A stretch of DNA of 64,000 nucleotides from the NCBI GenBank assembly GCA_944322875.1, contig CALUQI010000001.1:3467-67466 (forward strand), read 5' to 3'. Positions within the stretch are counted from its first letter, which is position 1; the number at the start of each line of letters is the position of its first letter. The notes below the pieces were generated by a model that searched no databases, was not told where the DNA came from, and saw only the letters and a list, made by a program, of their open reading frames with translations. This DNA comes from Candidatus Gastranaerophilales bacterium. GTDB taxonomy: Bacteria; Cyanobacteriota; Vampirovibrionia; Gastranaerophilales; Gastranaerophilaceae. Below, one piece after another: positions 1-10,665 of the stretch. Position numbers and translations under genes: made by a program.

Positions 1-279
1 TATGTCATTAACGTATTTTGATGTCTTATCTTGTTTTAAAATAATATTAACAAAAGCAGGGTTGTCTCTTGGGATAGGTTTTATTTGGTCGGCTGAATTA
101 AAGTTTTGTACTTTTTCATATACGGGTTTTGAGGTTTTAGGTTCTGATGGGGCGTATTGACGTGTCAAATTTGGTAAAGTCCCAACGTATCCTTTGCTCT
201 CAAATGTAGAATTATTCTGAGCAGTACATGTCGGGATTAAAAATATTAGTGTAAAGATTGCAACATACAACTTTTTCAT
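1..279 (-). CDS. Hypothetical secreted protein, N-terminal part only (gene runs off the left edge)
   Basis: Absent from the ORF track because no stop lies in the window. The reverse-strand ATG at 279..277 opens a stop-free frame to position 1: MKKLYVAIFTLIFLIPTCTAQNNSTFESKGYVG... The N-terminus looks like a signal peptide. Confidence 0.45.
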   Translation of the reverse strand, partial: MKKLYVAIFTLIFLIPTCTAQNNSTFESKGYVGTLPNLTRQYAPSEPKTSKPVYEKVQNFNSADQIKPIPRDNPAFVNIILKQDKTSKYVNDI

Positions 280-372
280 ATCTTTATTATAACGATTGTT
301 CCTTAAAAATCATCATTTATATGAATTAAAGTTGATTTTTAAAGGTTTTCGGCGTAAAATACGATTGGAACT

Positions 373-1278
373 ATGGAAAAAGAAGAATTACTTAAATTAT
401 ATAATTTGGAATTAGATGAGTTACTGAAAATTTCATCTGCTTATGTTTCAGATAAAGTTGAATTTTGTTCAATAGTTAATGCACGCAACGGGAAATGTTC
501 TCAAAATTGTAAATATTGTGCTCAAAGTTCACATTACAGAACTGATATTGAAACATATCCCTTGATAGATGAAAATAAAGTTATAAATGCAGCTTTGGAT
601 GCTAAATCAAATCATGCGGACAGATTTGCAATTGTTACGTCCGGAAAAACTCCGGCTGAAGAAGATTTTGACAAAGTTCTAAATCTTATAAAAGCGGTGA
701 ATAAAATCGATGGTATAAAAAGTTGTGCTTCTATTGGAATTTTAGACGACGAAATGGCAAAAAAACTTGCTGAATCTGGGTTAAAAAGATTCCACCATAA
801 TATTAACACTGCTCGTTCTTATTACCCGCAAGTTTGTACTACGCATACTTGGAATGACAGATTAAATACCTGTAAATTAGTCAAAAAATATGGTATGGAA
901 TTATGTTGCGGTGTTATTTTAGGAATGGGAGAAAGTATTGAACAAAGAGTTGAAATGGCACTTGAACTCGCGGATATTCAGCCTGATTCTATTCCAATAA
1001 ATATACTTATGCCAATACCGGATACCCCATTTGAAAATTATCACGATAAAATTGATCAAGAAAATATTTTAAGAACTCTTGCAATATTTAAAATAGCTAA
1101 TCCTAAATCTGTTCTTCGTTTTTGCGGAGGCAGAATGAAGCTTAGTGATGACAATCAAAAACTCGCTTTGAGTACTTGTGTTGAAGGAATTTTAATAGGA
1201 AATTACCTTACCACAGTTGGGAAAAATCCCGTTGAAGATGTTAAGATGGTTGAGTTAATTAATAAAGTTATCGCTTAA
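373..1278 (+). CDS. bioB: Biotin synthase (radical SAM)
   Basis: 301 aa. Radical-SAM CxxxCxxC motif in BioB context (GKCSQNCKYCAQSS). Additional cluster Cys residues (CASIG, CCGVILG). Length and layout are typical of BioB. Confidence 0.85.
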   Translation: MEKEELLKLYNLELDELLKISSAYVSDKVEFCSIVNARNGKCSQNCKYCAQSSHYRTDIETYPLIDENKVINAALDAKSNHADRFAIVTSGKTPAEEDFDKVLNLIKAVNKIDGIKSCASIGILDDEMAKKLAESGLKRFHHNINTARSYYPQVCTTHTWNDRLNTCKLVKKYGMELCCGVILGMGESIEQRVEMALELADIQPDSIPINILMPIPDTPFENYHDKIDQENILRTLAIFKIANPKSVLRFCGGRMKLSDDNQKLALSTCVEGILIGNYLTTVGKNPVEDVKMVELINKVIA

Positions 1279-1926
1279 ATTGTTTTTTGTGATGTAAGTA
1301 TCAAAATCAGCTCTGTCCCAACATATATTACTTCTGATTTTTTTTGCCGGAACTCCTGCTATCAATATGTTCTTTTCACTGAATTTTTTATTTACAAGCG
1401 CCATTGCACCTATTACTGAACCTTCTTGGATTTCTGACCCTTTTAAAATCATTACTCTTGATCCGACCCAAACTCGGTCATGTAGTTTTATATCTTCCGG
1501 AGCATTGATTATTTCTCCGGTTAATGTATCTGTGATCGTATGTCCGTCATTGTTACGTATTATTATATCTCGGGCAAACATGCATTCATTTCCTACATCA
1601 ATACGCCTCCCGCTTTTTGCAACAACATTCATATTCCTGTATACTGAAATCCCGCTTCCGAAAGTTATTATTCCACCGTTTTCCATCCCGAATGTGGTGT
1701 GTCGTATATATCTGTGTTTGGTTGATTTTATTGAAATGTAGTTGTTATCTCCATTCATAACAATTCCTGTATTTATAAATCTGCAGGGTAGTTCTATTTC
1801 TATAGTGTTGTTGTTTCCTTTTATTGTTATTGTAATCCCATTTATTGGCTCATATGGGATTTTTTTGCCATCTTTTATTAAGATAACTTTGTTCCTGTCG
1901 CCTTTTATATCAACACTATTTGTCAT
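1255..1926 (-). CDS. Hexapeptide-repeat (left-handed beta-helix) acyl/acetyltransferase
   Basis: 223 aa. C-terminal hexapeptide repeats (VWVGSRVMILKGSEIQEGSVIGAMALV). Converges on bioB and overlaps its 3' end by 24 nt. Confidence 0.7.
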   Translation of the reverse strand: MTNSVDIKGDRNKVILIKDGKKIPYEPINGITITIKGNNNTIEIELPCRFINTGIVMNGDNNYISIKSTKHRYIRHTTFGMENGGIITFGSGISVYRNMNVVAKSGRRIDVGNECMFARDIIIRNNDGHTITDTLTGEIINAPEDIKLHDRVWVGSRVMILKGSEIQEGSVIGAMALVNKKFSEKNILIAGVPAKKIRSNICWDRADFDTYITKNNLSDNFIN

Positions 1927-1938
1927 TAATTCTCCTGA

Positions 1939-2829
1939 TTATTGTTTTATGTATTTTTTACTGTCCGGTTCTGCGTGGATTACTGCTGTTGTATTGCCTA
2001 GTTCTTCTTTAAGTTTTTTCTCTATTTTATCACATAATTTGTGACATTCTAATATTGTCATTTCTGCCGGAAATATTAGTGTTATTTCTATAAATTTTGA
2101 TGTGCCTACTTTTCTAGATTTTATATCCTTAGATTTTATCACACCTTTATTTTTGAATTTGTCTATAATACTTTGGATAATTTTTATATCTGACTCCGGT
2201 AAAGAACCGTCCAGAAGATTATTTAGTGTATCTTTAGTTATTAATATACCGGTTTTTAAGATAAAAACAGCTACTATTATTGCTATTATCGGGTCTAAAA
2301 TTGATGTTCCGGTTAGTTTTATAAGTACAAGCCCTAACAATACACCAAAAGAAGAATAAATATCTGTTCTTAAGTGTTCTGCGTCTGCCATAAGTGCTAT
2401 CGAATCGGTTCTTTTAGCAACATTAAATAAGTAATTACTTACTAAAAAATTTGCCGCAACTGCAAATATCATTACATAAATTCCGATTAATGGTTCAAAA
2501 TTTACTGATGTATGGTGGATTAGTTTCTTACCTGCCTCGATAAATATGTATAGTGATGCGAAAATAATTAATAATCCCTCAATAAACCCTGACATATCTT
2601 CGTAACGACCGTGACCGAATGGATGTTTTTTGTCTGCAGGTTCACTCGAGCGTGTTACCGAAAAATATGTTAATACCGATGCTAATATGTCACTCATTGA
2701 ATGTATTGCTTCTGAAATAATACTTATACTGCCGGAAATAAAACCTGCGATTAGTTTTAAAATAATTATTGCCGCATTTGATAAAATCGAAAATCCGGCA
2801 GCAAATTTCTTCTCAAAGTTAGCTTCCAT
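1939..2829 (-). CDS. Cation diffusion facilitator (CDF) family metal efflux transporter
   Basis: 296 aa. Multiple TM helices. CDF metal-site motifs HSMSDILAS and HLRTDIYSS. C-terminal cytoplasmic domain. Confidence 0.85.
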   Translation of the reverse strand: MEANFEKKFAAGFSILSNAAIIILKLIAGFISGSISIISEAIHSMSDILASVLTYFSVTRSSEPADKKHPFGHGRYEDMSGFIEGLLIIFASLYIFIEAGKKLIHHTSVNFEPLIGIYVMIFAVAANFLVSNYLFNVAKRTDSIALMADAEHLRTDIYSSFGVLLGLVLIKLTGTSILDPIIAIIVAVFILKTGILITKDTLNNLLDGSLPESDIKIIQSIIDKFKNKGVIKSKDIKSRKVGTSKFIEITLIFPAEMTILECHKLCDKIEKKLKEELGNTTAVIHAEPDSKKYIKQ

Positions 2830-2920
2830 AAATCAAATTATACATAATTTTTTTAAATTTGCAAAATTTCTTTTTACAGAATAAAATGATTTTGTTAATG
2901 CTAAGAAAGGAGAGTTTATT

Positions 2921-4129
2921 ATGTGGGAAAAAGATATCAATATTAACGATATCAGAGAAATTAGAACTCGCACGTCGGTATTCTTTGGTGTCGGGGCAAT
3001 TAAAAAAATTAATGACATTGCAAGTGACTTAAAATCAAAAGGAATTGACAAAGTGATTGTTATGTCAGGAAAAAACGCTTACAAAGCAACAGGAGCTTGG
3101 GATTATGTTGAGAAAGCACTTAGAGAAAATTCTATAGGTTATGTTAATTATGATCAGGTAACTCCAAATCCTACAACACTTCATGTTAATGAAGCGGCAA
3201 AGTTGGCTCGAGATTTTAAAGCAAAAGCCGTTATTGCAATAGGTGGCGGTTCCCCTACTGATGCAGGAAAATCGGTGGCTATTTTAATGCAATATCCTGA
3301 TAAAAATGCTAATGATATTTACGAATTCAAATTCGTTCCTGAAAAAGCTGCACCAATTGTTTCCATTAATCTTACGCACGGAACAGGAACGGAAACAAAT
3401 AGGTTTGCAGTTGTAACCGTTCCGGAAAAAGATTTTAAACCTGCAATTGCATATGATTGTATATATCCGATGTATGCTATAGATGATCCGCAATTGATGA
3501 CTAAATTATCACCGAAACAAACGAGATATGTCTCAATTGATGCTGTAAACCATGTTATTGAAGCTGCTACCAGTACTGTGACTTCACCTTATGCAGTTAC
3601 TCTTGCAAGAGAAGTTATTGCTGATGTTGTAAAATATCTTCCAAAAGCATTGGAAAATCCTGATGATTTGGAAGCACGATATTATCTTGCTTATGCCGCC
3701 ATGATGGGTGGAGTTTGCTTTGATAATGGACTTCTGCACTATACACATGCTTTGGAACATCCTTTGAGTGCAGTTAAGCACGAATTGTCACACGGATTGG
3801 GATTGGCTATATTGTTGCCTGCTGTAATCAAAGTTATATACAAAGACAAGGCAAACATCCTTGCGGATATATTAAGTCCTATTATTCCTAATCTTAAAGG
3901 TGATATTTCAGAAGCCGATATGGCTGCAAAAGCAGTTCAAGACTGGCTTGTATCTGTTGGGGTTCCTGAAAAATTAATGGATCAAGGTTTTTGTGAAAAT
4001 GATGTTGATAAACTTACTGATTTGGTTTATCAAACTCCTTCTTTAAGCGGTCTTCTTGATATCGCCCCTTCCGGTAACAGTCGTGAAATTGTAAAAGAAA
4101 TATATATCAATTCTTTAAAATCTTTGTGA
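2921..4129 (+). CDS. Iron-containing (group III) alcohol dehydrogenase
   Basis: 402 aa. GGGSPTDAGK motif and a His-rich metal site (HALEHPLS...SHG). AGGAG-like RBS (aaaggagag) upstream. Confidence 0.85.
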   Translation: MWEKDININDIREIRTRTSVFFGVGAIKKINDIASDLKSKGIDKVIVMSGKNAYKATGAWDYVEKALRENSIGYVNYDQVTPNPTTLHVNEAAKLARDFKAKAVIAIGGGSPTDAGKSVAILMQYPDKNANDIYEFKFVPEKAAPIVSINLTHGTGTETNRFAVVTVPEKDFKPAIAYDCIYPMYAIDDPQLMTKLSPKQTRYVSIDAVNHVIEAATSTVTSPYAVTLAREVIADVVKYLPKALENPDDLEARYYLAYAAMMGGVCFDNGLLHYTHALEHPLSAVKHELSHGLGLAILLPAVIKVIYKDKANILADILSPIIPNLKGDISEADMAAKAVQDWLVSVGVPEKLMDQGFCENDVDKLTDLVYQTPSLSGLLDIAPSGNSREIVKEIYINSLKSL

Positions 4130-4132
4130 TTG

Positions 4133-4158
4133 AAAAGCCCCTATATTGGGGCTTTTTT
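4133..4158. terminator. Bidirectional rho-independent terminator between adh and the AlkD-like gene
   Basis: AAAAGCCCC-tatatt-GGGGCTTTT followed by a T run, with a complementary A run on the other side. It overlaps the last codons of the minus-strand gene. Confidence 0.6.
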
Positions 4159-4821
4159 CTTCATTCCTTTCAGCAGGTGTTTTCTATCCGCTGAAATCCT
4201 GTATGATTCACATGTTTTCTGTATAGCTTTGTTATAAGTCCAATTATCAAGTTTGCATGTGCTTAAATAATTAATTGTTTTGTCCCAATATTTTATAAAA
4301 CAAATTGAAATGGCCCAGGCTATTGCCATTTTTACGTAATATCCTTTATGATTAACATTGTCGAAAATTTTTAGTAACTTATCTATATATTCTGCGTTAA
4401 TAAAATAATTTAAAAGTATAACTATACCAAAACGAACTTCAAATTCTTTGTCTGAGTTTATCAATGGTTGTACAAATCTCCAAACATCTTCTCTATCTCT
4501 ATCTGAAATTTTTAAAGTTGCGCATACTACATCGCAAATCCCCCAGTTGTTAATCTTTGGGATATATTTTTTTAATAAATTTAATTTTTCCGATAAATCA
4601 ATATTCGCATAACATATGACAAGTCCTTGTATCATAAGTTCTTCGTAATATTCTTCATCTTTATAATCCTGCCAATTGCCGGTTTTGGCAAGTTCTTTGG
4701 CTATTTTTCTCACTTTAGGAACTCTTACTCCTAAAACATTTTTTATGCCGGGAACCAGTTTTGAGTGAAATTTTTGATATTTCTCTTCTTTTAATTCTAT
4801 AAGTTGGTTTTTTATATTCAT
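4141..4821 (-). CDS. DNA alkylation repair protein (AlkD-like HEAT-repeat family)
   Basis: 226 aa. N-terminal YQKFHSKLVPGIKNVLGVRVPKVRKIAK pattern and helical-repeat composition typical of the AlkD/AlkC-like family. Its start overlaps the upstream TPR gene by 4 nt. Confidence 0.65.
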   Translation of the reverse strand: MNIKNQLIELKEEKYQKFHSKLVPGIKNVLGVRVPKVRKIAKELAKTGNWQDYKDEEYYEELMIQGLVICYANIDLSEKLNLLKKYIPKINNWGICDVVCATLKISDRDREDVWRFVQPLINSDKEFEVRFGIVILLNYFINAEYIDKLLKIFDNVNHKGYYVKMAIAWAISICFIKYWDKTINYLSTCKLDNWTYNKAIQKTCESYRISADRKHLLKGMKKKAPI

Positions 4822-5372
4822 TGAGTTGATACCAGATCTTTTATATAATTCTTTATGGAAGGGGTTATCATTAAATCAGGTTCAGTCATGCAAAATTCGT
4901 CTAAAATGGTGATTGCTCTTTTTATATCGCCTTTCTCTGCGTACAAAACTCCCAACATAACTTTATTTAAAGGATTTGTATTATTTGAATATTTATTAAT
5001 TTCCGTGTCAATTGTACCTAATGTTTTGTACGTTTTTGCAAGGTTTTTATAATATTTGAAGTTTAAACTGAATTGTTTTATTGCGTGTTGAAAACAACTT
5101 AAAGCATATTCAGGATAACCTATTATTAGATATACTTCTCCTAAATTATTGTAATAAACCGCTGTTGCTTGTGTATTAGGATTAAGACTTATTGCAATTT
5201 TATATTCTTCTATTGCTGCATAATAACATTTCTCATTTACATACATCAACCCGAGGTTATTGTGGATATATGCATTTTTTTCGGCGTCAATTACATAAAC
5301 ATCAGGTTTTTTATAGGCTGATGTTATAAATGTCAGTGATATTAACGTTATAATAATTAAAAATCTTTTCAT
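4818..5372 (-). CDS. Secreted tetratricopeptide-repeat (TPR) protein
   Basis: 184 aa. Signal peptide MKRFLIIITLISLTFITSA. Repeated TPR-like A..Y..AI..NP helices. Confidence 0.7.
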   Translation of the reverse strand: MKRFLIIITLISLTFITSAYKKPDVYVIDAEKNAYIHNNLGLMYVNEKCYYAAIEEYKIAISLNPNTQATAVYYNNLGEVYLIIGYPEYALSCFQHAIKQFSLNFKYYKNLAKTYKTLGTIDTEINKYSNNTNPLNKVMLGVLYAEKGDIKRAITILDEFCMTEPDLMITPSIKNYIKDLVSTQ

Positions 5373-5387
5373 AGTTCCTTAATAATT

Positions 5388-6305
5388 TTACATTAAATTA
5401 ATTTCCAGACCTTCACGAGACATTATAAATTTTTCGGAAGCTTGACCTTTATAATGTTTTTCAATTTTATCCAATTTTTCATCATCATAATTAGGATCAT
5501 AATGGAAAAATACAAGTTTGTCTGCTTTGGTTTGTTTTTGAATTTCAATAGCCATATCAAATGTTGAATGGCCATACCCTTGTTTTGGTGTAAATCGATT
5601 CAAATAATCTTCAGTAGTATATTGGGCATCGTGGATTAAAAGATTACAACCACGTGCAAAATCAATAAGTTTTTTGTCACCTCCAAGGTAACTTTCTTTG
5701 TCCGTTGCATAAACCAATGATTTATCTTTATATGTTATTTTATAAACCATTACACCGTCTTGAGGATGTGCGTATGATTTTAAAGCTGTAATAATTACAT
5801 CTTCATCTGAAGATTTATCAGTTGATATAATCGGTTTTGAACCTTTGTGTAGTATAATTCTATCTCCTGATGATATATTTTTTATTTCAAGTTTACCAGC
5901 TATATCTCCCAAATCCAAAGGAAATGTCTTCCCAAAAAGTATTCCTGATAAACTTTTAGATAAATCATCTTCATCTGTATCATTTCCGAATACTGCTAAT
6001 TCCGTTGATTCCAAGTGCAGAGGGTGGAAAAAAGTAAATCCTTGAATGTGATCTTGATGAATATGTGAAAGTAATACGGTTGCATGTATAGGTGTTCGTT
6101 TGTCCGGATCCATATTGGAAGTAATGTGTTTTTCCATAAGATCATTCCCTAATCCAATCATGCCGGTACCGGCATCCAGGATTATTAAATGACCGCCTAC
6201 ATTTACTTCGACACAAGAAGTATTTCCACCATATCGCAAAAAATTACAGTTTGCTATTGGATAACTTCCTCGTACTCCTCTGAATCTTATATTAAATTCG
6301 CTCAT
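5388..6305 (-). CDS. MBL-fold metallo-hydrolase
   Basis: 305 aa. Metallo-beta-lactamase motif HIHQDHIQG. N-terminal RFRGVRGS...YGGNTSCVEV block typical of a cytoplasmic MBL subfamily. Confidence 0.8.
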   Translation of the reverse strand: MSEFNIRFRGVRGSYPIANCNFLRYGGNTSCVEVNVGGHLIILDAGTGMIGLGNDLMEKHITSNMDPDKRTPIHATVLLSHIHQDHIQGFTFFHPLHLESTELAVFGNDTDEDDLSKSLSGILFGKTFPLDLGDIAGKLEIKNISSGDRIILHKGSKPIISTDKSSDEDVIITALKSYAHPQDGVMVYKITYKDKSLVYATDKESYLGGDKKLIDFARGCNLLIHDAQYTTEDYLNRFTPKQGYGHSTFDMAIEIQKQTKADKLVFFHYDPNYDDEKLDKIEKHYKGQASEKFIMSREGLEINLM

Positions 6306-6308
6306 ATT

Positions 6309-7274
6309 TTACCTCTTTATTGTGAAAGTCCCGTTATGATCTTTTTCTTCCCCACTGTATATTGAAGATGAGAACAAAATTAATTTCGCAAGTTTTTGCA
6401 CATTGGTTAATCTTGTCTCTTTATATTGTATTTCAAAAATAACTTTATTTCTTTTCCTTGTTATATTGATTACTCTAAAAGCATTTGGATAAGAAACAAG
6501 CGAAGGTGTACTTACGTATAGGATATTATTAATTTGAGTAATTTTTGCGGCGTGATAATGTCCTGTAAAAACACCAATCGGATTTTTATATTTTTCTATT
6601 ATATTTCTTACTTCGGTTTCATTTTTCATTTTGTGTCCCGGACTTGGAAAAGGTTCCAGTAACGGAACGTGTAGGAATATTAGGACAACATCTTTTTGTG
6701 AATTTTTTAATTCGTTATCTAACCATTGAAGTTGTTCCGGATATATATAACCGTTTGATGTAAGTCTGTCATCTATTATAGAATCAAGTACGATAACTTT
6801 ATAACCTTTTTTAGGAATAAACGAATAATAAGGTTTTTCGAACTTAAATTCAGGATTGAATTCTCTCAGTATATCAAAATAGACACTTTTTGTCAGGTAT
6901 CCTCCCAAACATATATCGTGGTTTCCAAATGCAAAATACCAAGGAACATTAAGTTTCGATACGTGTGGTAGTACCGCGTGTAATTCTTTTTCAAAAGGTT
7001 TGTCTATCAAATCACCCGTGAACATTACAAAATCAATGTTTGGTATTGAATTTACTTGAGCAATTGCATCATCTAAAAGTTTTGGAGATTCTGCAGTCAT
7101 TTTATAGGTGGTATTGGCTCCATTTTCCAAAAAATGTACATCGCTTATTTGGGCAAATTTTAAATTGGATGCATTTGTGTAGCCTTGAACCCACACAAGC
7201 ATTATTGCCGATAATAATAGTGTTATAACTGCATTGCTTAGTTTTGTTATAAAAGTTTCTTTTTTGCGTCTCAT
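6309..7274 (-). CDS. Membrane-anchored or secreted metallophosphoesterase (calcineurin-like)
   Basis: 321 aa. N-terminal hydrophobic anchor. Phosphoesterase motifs SDVHF, GDLID, GNHD, FLHVP, GHYH. Confidence 0.8.
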   Translation of the reverse strand: MRRKKETFITKLSNAVITLLLSAIMLVWVQGYTNASNLKFAQISDVHFLENGANTTYKMTAESPKLLDDAIAQVNSIPNIDFVMFTGDLIDKPFEKELHAVLPHVSKLNVPWYFAFGNHDICLGGYLTKSVYFDILREFNPEFKFEKPYYSFIPKKGYKVIVLDSIIDDRLTSNGYIYPEQLQWLDNELKNSQKDVVLIFLHVPLLEPFPSPGHKMKNETEVRNIIEKYKNPIGVFTGHYHAAKITQINNILYVSTPSLVSYPNAFRVINITRKRNKVIFEIQYKETRLTNVQKLAKLILFSSSIYSGEEKDHNGTFTIKR

Positions 7275-8159
7275 TTATTTCTCTATTCTTAACTTTATTT
7301 CATTATATTTGTTTTGTACTGTTTGGTCTCTATCATTAAGTAATACGGCTTTATCTAAATTTATTAACGCCTCAGTGTTGTTATTTAAATCTGCGTACGC
7401 CAATCCTATATACTTATAGATTTCAGCAGTTTGAATATCTTCAGTTAACTGTTCCAGTTTTTCTACAGCTTGTTGGTATCTTTTCATCCTGTATAAAATT
7501 TTACCCTCCAAAAACCTGTAATCAATTGAATTTTCAAGTGCTATAGCTGTCAAAATATCACTTAATGCCATATCATAATTCCCTATATTAGCTTCACAAC
7601 GTGATTTTAACGCATAAGCAAAATCATCTTGAGGATTAACTTTTAGATATTGATTTAGGTATGTTATTGATTGTTTGTAATTCTTTAATTCAAAGTAGCA
7701 TATTGCTATTTGCAAATAGCATTGAGTAAATGTAGGTTTAGAATTAACTGATTTAATAAAGGCATTTATAGCGTCATTATAATTTTTATTTTGCTTGTGC
7801 AATTCTCCTAAAAAATAATAAGTCCAATAATCTGAACCTGTGTTTAAAATACTTGTTTCTCCTTGCTTGTCTCCGTTTTTCTTGCAATTAATTGCTTGTT
7901 GTATAACACTACTTTTAGGTAAAATAAAAGAGCTGTTTTTACCCTGTATAATTTGTGTTAAACCATTTTTCAGATCGGAAATATTTTTGTTATTTGGTTC
8001 TATTGCCAGAATCTTTTCAAGGTAATTCAAAGCTTGTTTATAATCACCTTCAATACAATAGTTTGTTGCTATGTCAAAGTAGTCTTCTGTTACTTCATTT
8101 GCTTGTACTATCGGGCAAAGTAGAAAAATAAATATTCCTGCTAAAAGAAATTTTTTCAT
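7275..8159 (-). CDS. Secreted TPR-repeat protein
   Basis: 294 aa. Signal peptide MKKFLLAGIFIFLLCPIVQA. Several TPR units (Y..A...L.KAL...P.N). Its stop abuts the start of the next gene. Confidence 0.75.
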   Translation of the reverse strand: MKKFLLAGIFIFLLCPIVQANEVTEDYFDIATNYCIEGDYKQALNYLEKILAIEPNNKNISDLKNGLTQIIQGKNSSFILPKSSVIQQAINCKKNGDKQGETSILNTGSDYWTYYFLGELHKQNKNYNDAINAFIKSVNSKPTFTQCYLQIAICYFELKNYKQSITYLNQYLKVNPQDDFAYALKSRCEANIGNYDMALSDILTAIALENSIDYRFLEGKILYRMKRYQQAVEKLEQLTEDIQTAEIYKYIGLAYADLNNNTEALINLDKAVLLNDRDQTVQNKYNEIKLRIEK

Positions 8160-8185
8160 AACAAAATTATAGCATAAATTATATT

Positions 8186-9238
8186 TTATATATTCATTAC
8201 TTTTAATATTTCTGTTAAGTCTGCCGAAGTCTTTTTAACATCAGCATTTGAATATTTAATGGCATTATCAGGATCTTTTAATCCGTTTCCGGTTAATATA
8301 CAAACTATTTTGGTTCCTGCTTTTATGGTGTCTTTAACTTTTATGAGCCCTGCAACAGATGCTGCACTTGCGGGTTCAGCCAGAATACCTTCAGACGAAG
8401 CAATCAATTTATAAGCTTTTATAATTTCTTCATCCGTGACAAAATTAATTATACCGTTACTTTGGTCACGGGCTGCTTCAGCTTGTTTCCAACTTGCGGG
8501 GTTCCCTATTCTTATAGCTGTTGCGAGAGTTTCCGGATATTTAATTCTTTCACCTTTTACGATTGCTGCAGCACCTTCAGCTTCAAATCCCATCATTTTA
8601 GGTAATTTCTTAGATTTCCCAAATTCATAAAATTCACGATAACCTTTCCAATATGCTGTTATATTGCCCGCATTCCCGACAGGAATAAAATGGTAATCAG
8701 GAGCATCTCCAAGAGCATTACATATTTCAAAGGCTCCGGTTTTTTGCCCTTCAATTCTATATGGATTTACAGAGTTTACAAGTGTTATCGGATAATTGTC
8801 CGAAATTTTTCTTACCATTTCAAGGGCTTCATCAAAATTCCCTTTGATTGCAATAATTTCTGCTCCATACATCATTGCTTGTGATAGCTTACCAAGCGCT
8901 ATGTAACCGTCCGGAATTAATACATACGTTTTTAGTCCGCCCTTTGCCCCATATGCTGCAGCAGAAGCACTTGTGTTGCCGGTAGAAGCACAAATTATTG
9001 CATTTGAACCTGCTTCTTTTGCTTTAGAAACTGCCATTGTCATGCCTCGATCCTTAAAGCTCCCTGTAGGGTTGCAACCTTCAAATTTTAAATATATATC
9101 TGCATCTATACCTATTTTTCTTGCAAGATTATCTGCCTTGATAAGGGGAGTATTCCCTTCATTGAGTGTTATTATGGGAGTTTTGTCTGACACCGGAAGA
9201 TATTCTTTAAATGTGTTAATTAGTCCTTGGTAATGCAT
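8186..9238 (-). CDS. thrC: Threonine synthase
   Basis: 350 aa. PLP-lysine motif [10 protein letters not shown]. Lies immediately downstream of hom. Confidence 0.9.
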   Translation of the reverse strand: MHYQGLINTFKEYLPVSDKTPIITLNEGNTPLIKADNLARKIGIDADIYLKFEGCNPTGSFKDRGMTMAVSKAKEAGSNAIICASTGNTSASAAAYGAKGGLKTYVLIPDGYIALGKLSQAMMYGAEIIAIKGNFDEALEMVRKISDNYPITLVNSVNPYRIEGQKTGAFEICNALGDAPDYHFIPVGNAGNITAYWKGYREFYEFGKSKKLPKMMGFEAEGAAAIVKGERIKYPETLATAIRIGNPASWKQAEAARDQSNGIINFVTDEEIIKAYKLIASSEGILAEPASAASVAGLIKVKDTIKAGTKIVCILTGNGLKDPDNAIKYSNADVKKTSADLTEILKVMNI

Positions 9239-9249
9239 GGTGTTTCCTC

Positions 9250-10527
9250 TTATATTTGTACTCTTATGAGATTATTCACTTTATTTATAAATTCACTTTC
9301 ATTAAATGCCTTGACTGCATTTTGCATATTTTTTTCACAACATGTTTCAGTAATAACAGTAATATCTGCTGTATTATCGGAACATACATATTTTTGAACT
9401 ATACTTTCTAAACTTATGTCGTTTTCTGCACATATGTTACCTATGTTTCCGATAACACCTTTATTGTTTTTTGCATTCAACGATAAATAATACTTGTTTT
9501 GTGTATCAAGTATATTAATACATTTTGCGATTTTATTGTGATTGCATCGCATCATTGGAAGAGGATAATCAGTTGTTTTTATTTCGGTTGCAATTGCCAG
9601 TATGTCACCGACTACTGAACTTGCCGTTGGAAATTCTCCGGCTCCAGGTCCTGAAAGTGTTATATGACCTACCGGATGTCCGGTTAAACTCACTGCATTG
9701 GTTACATAGTTAATGTGGGCAAGTGTAGAATTCTTTGGAATAAGCATCGGATGAACTCTCACGTCAGCACAGTTTTCATCATCCATTTTTGCTGAAGCGA
9801 TAAGTTTTATTTTATAACCCAAATCATTTGCTGCTTTCATATCTTCAGATCTAATTTTTGTTATACCTTCTCGGTATACATCTTCTATTCTGATTTTTTG
9901 CTTAAATGCAAGCGTTGCAAGGGTTGTTATTTTGTATGCAGCATCATAACCTTCTACATCGCTCGTCGGATCTGCTTCCGCATAGCCTAAAGTTTGAGAT
10001 TCTTTTAATACTTCATCGTATGAAGAATTCTCAGTATCCATTTTGGTTAAAATATAATTCGTTGTCCCATTTAATATCGCTTCTAATTTATTTATTTTGT
10101 TGCCGGCAAGAATTGTTTTTATCGGCATTATAATTGGTATTCCGCCCGCAACGGCAGCTTCATATAAGATTACTTTATTGTATTTCTCGGCAAAGTTGAA
10201 AATTTCTTCACCTTTTTTGGCAAGTAATTCTTTATTTGCGGTTACTATATGTTTACCTTGTTTTATTGATTTTTCGATTAGCTCAAAGGCAGGATTTATT
10301 CCGCCGATTAGTTCGCAAACAATATCAATTTCGGGATTATTAACTATCTCGTACGGATCCTCTGTTAAAAGTGAATAGTCTAAATTCTGAATATTACGGT
10401 TTTTATTTTTATTTTTTACCGCAATTTTTACTATTTCAATTTCTTCAAATGATTCAAGAGTTTTATATACCCCGGAACCTACGGTACCAAGACCGATTAA
10501 TCCTATTTTTATTCTTCTGTCTTCCAT
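9250..10527 (-). CDS. hom: Homoserine dehydrogenase
   Basis: 425 aa. N-terminal Rossmann motif [11 protein letters not shown]. Catalytic region [21 protein letters not shown]-terminal ACT-like domain. Confidence 0.9.
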   Translation of the reverse strand: MEDRRIKIGLIGLGTVGSGVYKTLESFEEIEIVKIAVKNKNKNRNIQNLDYSLLTEDPYEIVNNPEIDIVCELIGGINPAFELIEKSIKQGKHIVTANKELLAKKGEEIFNFAEKYNKVILYEAAVAGGIPIIMPIKTILAGNKINKLEAILNGTTNYILTKMDTENSSYDEVLKESQTLGYAEADPTSDVEGYDAAYKITTLATLAFKQKIRIEDVYREGITKIRSEDMKAANDLGYKIKLIASAKMDDENCADVRVHPMLIPKNSTLAHINYVTNAVSLTGHPVGHITLSGPGAGEFPTASSVVGDILAIATEIKTTDYPLPMMRCNHNKIAKCINILDTQNKYYLSLNAKNNKGVIGNIGNICAENDISLESIVQKYVCSDNTADITVITETCCEKNMQNAVKAFNESEFINKVNNLIRVQI

Positions 10528-10665
10528 AAGTTAATTATATCACAAAAATTTGCGGGTATAATCCATATGTGTTGAAAATAATTCAGTTAATTATCTTTAC
10601 ACGATTTTATATTTACTTGCGAAACTGATTCTATTTATGTAAAATTATGTTAGAAGGCGGATTTT

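Noticed and set aside
1367-2884. + strand ORFs overlapping the hexapeptide transferase and CDF genes (1367..1741, 1742..2044, 2102..2359, 2630..2884)
   Set aside because: They lie opposite two ORFs with clear family motifs. The translations are hydrophobic low-complexity sequence.
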